A DNA stretch of 64,000 nt from Mizuhopecten yessoensis (lineage: Eukaryota): NCBI RefSeq assembly GCF_002113885.1, contig NW_018404396.1, positions 774,503 through 838,502 on the forward strand. The letters are read 5' to 3'. Both the position numbers and the translations under genes were made by a program. The notes below the pieces were generated by a model. That model saw only the letters and a program-made list of their open reading frames with translations. It ran no database searches and was not told the origin of the DNA. Shown here piece by piece: positions 1 through 11,200 of the stretch; the stretch's first letter is position 1, and each line of letters begins with the position of its first letter.

Positions 1-880
1 GAACTTACTGACCATACCTTAAGATCTCCCAACTCGAGAACTATCGGATCATACCTTAAGATCTCCTACTAGAGAACTGACTGACCATACCTTAAGATCT
101 CCTACTAGATAACTAACAGACCATGCCTTAAGATCTCCTACTAGAGAACTAACTGACCATACCTTAAGATCTCCTACTAAAGAACTAACTGATCATACCT
201 TAAGATCTCCTACTAGAGAACTATCTGACCATACCTTAAGATCTCCTACTAGAGAACTATCGGATCATACCTTAAGCTCTCCTACTAGAGAACTAACTGT
301 TTAACCTTAAGATCTCCTACTAGAGAACTTACTGACCATACCTTAAGATCTCCCAACTCGAGAACTATCGGATCATACCTTAAGATCTCCTACTAGAGAA
401 CTGACTGACCATACCTTAAGATCTCCTACTAGATAACTAACAGACCATGCCTTAAGATCTCCTACTAGAGAACTAACTGACCATACCTTAAGATCTCCTA
501 CTAAAGAACTGACTGACCATACCTTAAGATCTCCAACTCCAGAACTATCGGATCATACCTTAAGATCTCCTACTAGAGAACTAACTGACCATACCTTAAG
601 ACATCCTACTAGAGAACTAACTGATCATACTTTAAGATCTCCTACTAGAGAACTAACTGACCATACTTTAAGATCTCATACTAGAGAACAAACTGATCAT
701 ACTTTAAGATCACCTACTAGAGAACAAACGGACCATACCTTAAGATCTCCTACTAGAGAACTAACTGACCATACCTTAAGATCTCCTACTAGAGAACTAA
801 CTGACCATACCTTAAGATCTCCTACTTGAGAACTAACTGATCATACTTTAAGATCTCCTACTAGAGAACTAACTGACCAT
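1..880. repeat. 36-bp minisatellite (GAACTAACTGACCATACCTTAAGATCTCCTACTAGA), about 24 copies, truncated by the window start
   Basis: Direct tandem periodicity of 36 bp. A block of variant units recurs at an offset of 324 bp. Confidence 0.97.
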
Positions 881-1739
881 AACTGCAGAAATGTAACTAA
901 GTATTGACCTATGATCATCTCCATGTGATATTGTGGAATTGATCAGTTAATCATACATGAGATTTTTCATGTGTCCAGACTGTTACTCACTAAAAAGACA
1001 TGGATTCGTTAGTAATTAAACATTTTTAATGTGTACTTAATCAGATTGTGGTTTTTTTCAGTCAATATATTAGAATAAATCTGTGTTATACAGGGTTTAT
1101 GATGCATGACTGTGACATAAAACATGACAACGAAAGTGAAGTGTAGCTGGATGTATGTCCACGTTTCTTTACACCACAGGAGCATGAGGGGTTATATACA
1201 ACTACATATAGTGTTGTTTTTTTAAAACCGCCTCAGAAATGAAAAGAAAAATGAAAAAAAATGTCAGCAAATAATTGTTAGTTATCAGAAATCCAATTTA
1301 CAATTAGGACTTGTGTAAAAATAAAGTTTATCATACAGATTAGTATCCTCTACAAAATCCATATGGATATTTCAAATACAATTAAATAATATGATTTTAT
1401 TAAATAAAGGGGGGTGTACATTTATGTCATTTCATATGGAAATTATAATAGTGTTAGAATGTAAGATTATGATATTAAAACAATACTTGTACAACATTGT
1501 TTTACAGGGTTCTAAAATTGTATATAAAAAGTATAATGAAACATATACTTGTTTGTTTACAGTCAATTAAATGTGAAGGCCATTATCAAATTCGCAACAG
1601 CAAGTTATGGAATTAATTAATTTAAGAGGAAAAACGTTATTATGCTACGTATGATAAAGTTTTCCAATAACACAAATGTGAAATATGCTATTGTCTTTGT
1701 TTGGGCAAGATTATATATATAAATTATAGTGTACGTACT

Positions 1740-2192
1740 ATGTACATGTCGTTAGCACGCCCTGTTCGCTACATACCGACAGTAATTTAATCGCTATCAA
1801 ATATGCACTATATCCAATGAAATGTCATTGATGATATGTACATATTCAGCATGCGCTGCCGTATTAAATTCGCCAATATGCAGCTCGCCATTTTGTCCTG
1901 ATCACATGATCGACTACCTTTAATATGGGCGAGTCTACCCCGTCGCCTGCTTCCATGACTCATATGTTTTCAGACTGTTCCGTGTAAACACTGGACTAGC
2001 GAACTGTTCTGTGTCTGTTCTATTCTGTAGTGGACACTACTAACGAAGCTATTGTTTTACTGACCGTACGACTCGGTCGAGTTCACTGACAGTCTCGTTA
2101 GCGCACCTCTGTAACCCGCGGGCAATATGGTATCGTCTTTCAATATACGATGCATTTGGGTATGATAATAATAAGGCGACTGTAGTGCGAGT
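1740..2192 (+). promoter_or_regulatory. CpG-enriched promoter/5'UTR region of the PLC-beta gene
   Basis: Marked local CpG enrichment against a CpG-poor background, directly upstream of exon 1. YY1-type CGCCATTTT at 1886-1894, E-box TCACATGA near 1902, AP-1 TGACTCA near 1956. The TSS cannot be determined from sequence. Confidence 0.55.
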
Positions 2193-2291
2193 ATGGCGGG
2201 AGCTAAACCTGGCGTTCATGCTGTACAGTTAAGGCCTATCTGCGTACCGGAATCGCTTATCAAGGGCAACAAATTCATCAGATGGGATGAG
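2193..2291 (+). CDS. PLCB1: PLC-beta coding exon 1 (99 nt, [33 protein letters not shown])
   Basis: ATG at 2193, preceded by in-frame stops TGA TAA TAA TAA. Donor GAG|GTAAGA at 2292, phase 0. Confidence 0.95.
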
Positions 2292-5200
2292 GTAAGATTT
2301 TAGCCCATAAGTCGATTAATTCCTGCTTTTAAGCACTATAGACATCCCTACTTCGTGTGACCCCGGTTGTGTTTTTGACGGAAGTCTTACAAAACCATGC
2401 TTATATATAAACATTGACGGGACCTGTCAGACCGCTATACCTACAGAATGCAGAGTCTGTATTATCGTATTCACTGTAAATGATGCATATAGGAACGGCT
2501 TACAGCGGGTCGTTTATTGGAGATAAATGCAGTGATTTGACGACCGTCGTTAGCAATTTACACGGGGAAGATGTGAGGAGCAGAGCTTTGTACGAGGCTA
2601 GTGAGATCGATCTATATAACGCTGACCTGGTATAGTGTCTACAGTCTTGTATGTAAACACAGTAAACACATCCAGCACATATGTGTGGCTAAATAGGGGC
2701 CAATACACACCCCTGTTCCTCATCACATTGGACAGTAAACATGCATGCATGTCTGAACTATTCCAAGGTAGCTGCAGCCAGCTGTAGTGACCAGTAAGCC
2801 ACATTACATGTGTAACACCACCTCTACACACTGACATCTATGGGATTATCCTGCCATGTTAAAACATGGTCTAGCACACATAAACGTCTATCTAAAACAT
2901 GTGTTGTACATTTACATAGATCGGTAGGTCTCAATTATCAAACTGATGGTTGGTCTTTATAGAGCTTAGGCATTTAAACTCTTTTTTATAAATACTTTAC
3001 ATTTATGATATTTAACAGACAATATCTGCATGAAAATTTTAGTATGATTTATATTTATACATGCATTAAATTAGTTATGTCCTATTAGAGAATAAATTAA
3101 CTGCGTGATTTCCTCAGCAGATTTTGCTATACTAGAATCCCTTTAGAATGAATTGCTACTGATTTATGGCAGTGATGCAATTTATCTCAGGTTTATTATC
3201 AATATTTGAAGATTGTGCGAGAAGGGCAGGGGGGGGGGGGGGGGGGGGTTAAAAGCACTCAGCAATATAACTACCCTGCATACCAACTTCAATAACTCTG
3301 TAGACTGGAACAATATGGGTAAACGCATTTTTTCAAGGACAGGTTGACTTTATGTGTAGTAGTCCATATCATTGTGAAAAATTTGTTAAAAAAAAACCTG
3401 ATAGCTCTACTAAATAAATACTTGCATTAGGAAAATGTGAAGAAAACATGAAAATGTGAAGAATAAATAAAAAGAATACAGAGGACAGGTTCATTATTTG
3501 GAACCAACTCTGTCATGAACCCTCAGAACACCAATTTCTTTGTCCTGATCTATGAATTGGACCAAGGAGTTCTGAATGATTGAAGTAATTGAGTCTATCA
3601 TATGTAGGTTGTTGGTCATGGATTTGGGTCAGAGTTTTGGCATTTTGGCAAAACTGAGGTTCCTGAGGTGGTGTCACTTTCCGACAGCAATTAAAATTGT
3701 CACAGTAAGTCAAGGTTTTGATGGACATTCAATTGTAACGTCATAACATCATCATCTGATTGTGACATCATTAAAGTAAAGGTCACAGAGTGCACCTATG
3801 TGGGATTAATAGAATCTCTTACCCCCTTGGGGGGGAATGATTCTTTTTCTCTTACCTTGTTCACCATTGTGTATCATATACAAAATGTAATGTTAACGTC
3901 ACAGGCTAGATTCAGGGTTGACGTGACGACATTATATTGTTTGACGTCATACCATTGTTATGAATAGGGGAATCTCTCCGTCTCAACCTTAGGAACAAGG
4001 AAATCTCACACCAGTAAAAGTGCAGATACATCTTTCCAGGGTAAGAGAAACAGGCATACCATATAAGTGTTCCCTATAGTACATGTGTATCTTTCATATA
4101 TATATATATATGCAAAGGTTGGAGCAAACTTTTCCTTCTAGCTAGAAATAGTGCAAAGCCACACCTGCCTTCAATTTTGAATATGTGAGTGATGCCCTGT
4201 CCTTTTTGTTGATTAAATAAAAATGCCCTGCCTTTCAAAACATATCGAAAATTTAATTTAAAAATGTAGAGAAAACACAAACCCTATTGCTGAAAAATTG
4301 AGCTGGGGGTTGACTATTTTTCCAACTTTTGGAAATTAATGGTATACTGCACCTGAATAGGGCGAGCATCTCAAAAGTTTAATATCTGGAACAGTTTGTG
4401 TGTCCGTGTTAGCAGTGAGGTTAAGAGTATATATTGAATTATAATGTTACTGTTAAGTCTAAGGATACACATCACTGCTTTTGTAATACATTAAAAATAC
4501 ATTTCTTAATAATGATATCACCTGAGTTGGTGTATTGTATGAGCTGATGCAAGACATTTCATTCAGCTGATATTACTTTCACATTTACTGTGTTTTTTTT
4601 TTTCTTTCCTTGTACCTTAAAAGGCTTAGAAATTATGACAGTGAAAGAGTAGAATGACATGGAAATAAAATAAAAGTGACTGGTCATAGTGAAAATTAAA
4701 AACCATTTGCACATTCCAATTTTTTGTTTGCACAATTTTTAATAGATTTTAAATGTATTAAGATTAGAGACATTGTACTTTTTGGCTGATCGATAGATAC
4801 CAATCTTCCTATATGTGATCGTGAGAACAGACATGTGGTAAACATAGCTGATATTCACATTTAGTCCATATTAAATGGTTTACTATCAGAATTTACATAA
4901 TTGACACTCAAACTCGATAACTCTCTCACCAGCAAAGCATACTTTGGTGTTTTTTTAGGAATTGTAATATTTAATTTAATTTGTATGACATCAGTTTCAT
5001 TATAGAATAGACTATATGGTTCTAACTGCTAGTGGTGTACCGAAAATCGGAAACATCGATTAAATCGAGTTTGAAAAGGGTCCGATCCAATAATCGATTT
5101 TGCTGATGCAAGATCGATTATGTTCAATTGTATTGTAATCCTTTTCTAACTTGAAGCAGTCGCAACATCTGCACCGACATTATACATTTGGTGGTTAATA

Positions 5201-8200
5201 TGAAAATGGAATTGTATATAGTAAAAAAGCGGAAATGCTTTTCGTTGCGTCACTTGTATTCGTTTCGTATAATACATACATCACCATTTTGTATCAACCG
5301 AAACCGCCATATTTGAAAGGTAGTAAAATGAAGCTAGCAGAGTGTTTTTCGTGATAAATTATTCTTAATATGCTATGTTATAGTGTTTGGAGCGTTCAAA
5401 TGGGGGTAATTAATACCTAAACTGTGAGTACACCTAGTTGTCATCAAGTTTTGAGTCAAAACAGAGATATAATTGATTCCTTCCTTCCGCCTATAGATTT
5501 CGGAAACGAGTATTTTCTCATCAGTCGGCACAATTACATCAGATAATAAATCGGCCGGTCTCTTATGTTATATGAGTAGGTAATTTAAACCGAATATCGA
5601 TTATCATTCGATTATTGAGTTTCGATTATCGATCTTGAATATTTGACCGATTCCCAGCACTACTAACTGCTATTAGGTGAATAGGGGAATCCCCCTGTGA
5701 AACAAGATATCTCACACCAGGAAAAGTGTGCGTATAGATATATACCTGTCCAGAATAAGAGAAATTTGAGTCCTGGCCTTGTCCAATGGGACCCGCCAAC
5801 ATTCTGAGAACCCACTTTATGTCTTTTATGTTACTGCATGCCGTCATACACAAATATTTCCAAGCTAGATAATGTATACAATCTTTAATATCTATTAATT
5901 CCAAGGAAAGATAACTTCAGGGAAGTACCCCAGTAATCCAGTATTATAGTTCCTTTTCAACATATCCCAACCTTCAAATTAAGTTTTGCTCACAAAGTAT
6001 TGATAAAGAAAGAGATAATTTTTGTTTCGATACTTGAAGAAAAGAGAGAACTTCCTGGTCATGTCAAAATAATTTCATTTTGCTACAAAACTGAGAACAA
6101 ATTGGATCAACACAATAGTGAAGTACTTTCTGTTTTGTGGGCTTTCAGAAGTATTGAGAAACAAGATAAAGTATTCTTTGAAAATACAGAAGTAACTTTG
6201 ACAGCTTTTAACACAGTATTTTTGTCAATGATAGTGACCATCACTTCAATGTGGTTTGCCATGTGCTGTAAAAGAATACTATAGATTTATATTTATGTAA
6301 TTTTATTAGTTTGAATGGAATGAATTAGGATGAAATTGTTTTCTCCGATACCGGAGTGACGTCACGGGGTGAACAGTGTTTCGGGTGTATATACCTGTGG
6401 AGCTCGTGCGGGTGGTCATTCAGCGAGACCACGTACACGGTACACACACTGGTATACCAGTACACTGTAATTAGTTTCTGGTTTTTGGAAAATTTAAAGA
6501 TATTATATAAAGATGAAGTATAATTTGATTTTTTGAAAAGGAGGCAGCGGGGTGGATATTTGAGAAATGGTTATTTGTGATGTGTGGTTTTGTAGTTGGT
6601 GAAGGTGAGTTATTGTGTAATAAACTAACGCGCGTGGTCGAGCCTGTTGCACTTTATTAATGTTTTGGTCTTATTTGTTAAAGTGACGTATTAACGGAAC
6701 GACGTTTTGGTCGGAGAAAAACAGGAGTATAACAGGTTATGTTGTATTAGGAATGACATTTTAGCTGCATGCTGCATTTTACTTGCAAAGGGAAGGGATT
6801 CTATCTAACACAGATAAAAACAAGGAATGTATATTGATTCTTGTACAGTTGATGTTTTAACTTTGCAAGTTGCTTTTGACATTAAATTGAATCACCTTCT
6901 TCATGTAAGTATTCAGAAAATGACAGTACATACTTAAAACTTTACATTAATATCTTTATTTTTCCCCTCTTGCATCTTAACCATCTCTCCAGGCTTTCAG
7001 CATTTTGATTTATTGTTTCGGTTGGTTTTATAGACTAATTTTCAATATAGCTGCAAGAAATGGTGGTTAACATGAAAATATAATTATCAGAAAGCAGTTT
7101 CTGTTGGTCACAGAGACCTGGAGTAAAATCTCCATTTCTACTGATCAGGTAGACTGGCCCTCGTCTGTAGAATATCAAATTATTTAGAGAAAAAAAAAAA
7201 CCCTAATAATTTTGATCACTTGGATGTCTGATTCTAGTTCTAAACTAGGGAGAGATAAGCTAGTGGTAAAATGCAGTTGAGAAATTCTTCATAAAAATTC
7301 AGGGGCTGGTAGCCAGTCTACCTATCAAGGATCAATTGGTTCCATATACAATGTACCTATTGTTGAGAATTGGTTGAAATTTCAACATCGATGATCGGAT
7401 ATAATTGATTAGTGTCAACCGATCGATTTTCGATCATTAATTAGTTAGCCTATCGTTATATAATCCATAATTTTTTCAAACTTTTTTTTTAACAATGGCA
7501 TGGCTTTTCCTTTTATTAATACTGCTAATGAAATTTCAACTTTTCCACGTAGTTTCTTATCTTTCTTTTTTTATACTATTTCAACGTAACAATCTTTATT
7601 GATGAACAGTTATCATTTATATTTTTTGCAATTAATTATGTTTAGATAGCATGATGGGTAAGAGGTTATAGTTAAGAGTAAAATGACAGAACTCCCGTTA
7701 TCTCGTATTGAAAATGAAAGTAGAACTCGCACTTCCGGTTTTGAAAACAATCATCGATGTTGACATCTCATCATCGATTGTTGAGAATCGGTTGCCTTTC
7801 CAATTATAGATATTGATTATTATCGATCATCGGACAACACTAAATGTACTTTATATTACCACTCACATTTCTACCCATACGGTATCAGTGGTGGTCATAT
7901 ACATTCAGCCTAAACATTTCTTCCTGTTCAAGATAAGATTTTTTTTCAACCCTGCTTTTGGCATTTTTACCCATTTAGTATTGGTGGTTCCGATACCCCC
8001 CTCTCCTACACACACACACACACACACACATTCTCTCCCCTGTGCTTTGCATAATGTAGTTTGTCCTGATCTCCGATGATACTCTCTCCTGGCTCAATGT
8101 GTCCCTAATGCATGGATGTTGCAGCACATGTGTTTACACTGGAAATAGCTGCAACCACGCCTCTGGCTAATACCATTGCATTAGGAGCTGGCTACCTCAG

Positions 8201-11200
8201 TAAGAGACCAGCTAATGGTGCATGTGCCCGGTACTGTAACACTTTCACATCTGTACAAACTTTTCTTTGCTCCAAAATCTTATGTACATATAATTAAGTA
8301 CATGCTTCACTGATTGGTCAACGAAATGAGTTTTTATTCCATAGACGAAAGATTTAAATACAAAGATGTGTCTCATGACAAAAACAAAACAACACATTGG
8401 TGAGATGGTAATGTGTTGCTATCTAACTAAGTACCTACCTTATGTTTATAACTATATATGTATATTTTTCCATTTTCCCCCCTGATATTCAGTTATACAG
8501 ACATGCAAAAATAATTGGCAAAGTTTATAATACATGGGGAAAAAAAAATTACAAAATTTTGCTTGACAGACAAATAATTGTTTATAACATGATTTACTGT
8601 AGAGCGAATTAAGATGAAGATGTAAAGTTGGTCCTTAGACTCTCATGGGCATACAAATCATCCCATTGTGATGTCCGCTCCTACTAATGTGCACTGATTC
8701 TATTTTGAGAGCAGAGGTTTTCTGATTCAGACATAATACCAGTTTCAGTAATGGATATTTGATACCATACTTGGTATCTATTACCTTTTAATACTATACA
8801 GGTTATTAGAAAACAAATGTTCACACATTTATTTTGAACAAGCAACCTGGTAAGAACAGTAAGACTAACAATACCTATTAAAACATAAATTTGTCCTACT
8901 ACCGTTGACTAAAACTTGCCTATGTCAATACATATTGAGCCCTACACACCAGAACATATTAATGCGTCCTACACACTAGTTCATATTGATACGTCCTTTA
9001 CACTAGTACATATTGATGCGTCCTACACACCTGTACATATTGATGTGTCCTACATCAGTGCATTTTGATTTGTCCTTCTTAAGAACATTTCATATTGATG
9101 TGTCCTGTTTTAAGTACAACTTTGTAAATCCTACTTAAGTACATATTGATGAGTCCTACATGGAAACATAAAACGTTTCTTGCCCTTTTGAAATCAATAT
9201 ACATTATCATTTAATTTAGTGAATGAGGTTATGGTACTGTTTGACTGGAAGTCCTGCTAATATATATACATGTATGCATATTGCAGGGCGATGAGCGAGG
9301 GAGCATGAGCGTGAGAAATCATGAATACAGATTGCTTATTGTCTGTCTTGTGGGTGTGTTAGGCTCATCTCTGACTGTATGAACCACAGGTCTGTAGCCA
9401 TTAAAGCCTATTGGTATGGTACCTCACACCATTATCTTCAAACTACCACAGCTACAAGGCCCGACTGGCTACACCAGTATGTTCCAGTGTTTCTGATGGC
9501 ATTTGTCTTCTCCACAGAAATCACCTGGGGAATGACTGAAAGATGTCTTTGTAGAACCATAGTCTATTGAATTGGTCCGATAGGACTTCAAGTACTGGGT
9601 TGATTGTTCTTCCCTCACCTGATAAATAGGTATGATCTACTAGTCACTGTGTCCAGTCTCCTTGACCTCATGCCTATGACAGTACTTATCTAGAGAGTAA
9701 TGTGAAGCCAATTACTCAGAACACACCATATTTATCATGAAATAAACCCGTGTCTGGTAATAAGCCCATGTCTGGTAATAGTCCACGCCTGGTAATAAAC
9801 CCATGGTTGGTAATAAGCCCACTACTGGTAATAAACCAACACCTGGTTATAAGCCCATGTCTGGTAATAAGTCCACTACTGGTAATAAGCCAACACCTGG
9901 TAATAAGTCCACGCCTGGTAATATTACCATGTCTGGTAATATGCCCATGTCTGGTAATAAGTCCACGCCTGGTAATAAACCCATGCCTGGTAATATGCCC
10001 ATGTCTGGTAATAAGTCCATGCCTGGTAATAAGCCCACTACTGTTAATAAGCCAACACCTGGTAATAAGTCCATGTCTGGTAATAAGTCCACGCCTGGTA
10101 ATAAGCCCATGTCTGGTAATAAGCCCACTACTGATTATAAGCCCACACCAGGTAATAAGTCCATGTCTGGTAATAAGTCTATGCCTGGTAATAAACCCAT
10201 GTCTGGTAATCAGTCCACACCTGGTTATAAGCCCATGTCTGGTAATAAGTCCACTACTGGTAATAAGCCAACACCTGGTAATAAGTCCGTGCCTGGTAAT
10301 ATGCCCATGTCTGGTAATATGCCCATGTCTGGTAATAAGTCTACGCCTGGTAATAAACCCATGTCTGGAATAAGCCCACCCATATATATTACAGTTCCTA
10401 GAAATGCCAACATATGTTATTTCGATGTCTGGTCTGCTATGTCAGTGTTCTATGAATATTTGTTTTATTGTGCCAATATTTCATAAAACATGGCAAGTTT
10501 AGGATTGCTATGTATACTCTTCAGTTGTTTTTACCATGTCATGTAGGTCAAAAAACAGACTTAAAAAATAACCTAAAACTTAGTTTAGACTTCAAACCTT
10601 TCCTTGTCCATGGCACTTGAGTTTGATATATATTTCGATTCATGTATATTTGTATAGAAAGAGTTTAAAAACTGTTCAAATACATATAACAGTACTAGTG
10701 TTCCCAGAAACCCCCAAAACAGCTGTATGTATACGTACCCCTAGCTAGTTTTCAAGAATTGCCCTATGTAACTAACTACCTATAGGGGTACAGAATCTTG
10801 AAAATGTATGAAATATACGATCAAATCTAAAATTCAGTGGAAACACTGATATATATATGTGTGTGTGTGTGTATATGTTACAAGAAAAATAATCAGGTTT
10901 TTAACACAGTATATATGAAAACTGGAGAAAAACAAAAATATTTTACAAAAATAATACTTGGTATGTAAAAAGTTGTGGTGTATATATGCATCCAATTGTA
11001 TATCATTTGTTAATTCTCGTGAAATGTCAGAGAAAGGTTTGTAACGAGGACCCCAATTTTTCGTAGATCATTGCAAAGTGATACGCTGTTGTGTAAAAAA
11101 GGGCTGTGTTCATAGGTTTATACAGGAGTTGGATATAGCCTGAAGCTACATATCAAGTCTCAATTACTAAGCTCTACTCAATTGACTGAAGTAAGTGAGT

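Noticed and set aside
5485-5530. Minus-strand CTGATGA...GAAA inside the hAT MITE
   Set aside because: No UH cleavage site and no stem I in register.
9287-9382. AG-preceded short frame with a hydrophobic stretch (possible cassette exon)
   Set aside because: Weak pyrimidine tract, ends in a stop, and no homology. Exon 1 joins exon 2 without any missing sequence.
9750-10486. 207/227-aa ORFs with GNKPTP/VISPCL hexapeptide repeats
   Set aside because: The 18-bp unit is divisible by 3, open on both strands, and traceable to a MITE end.
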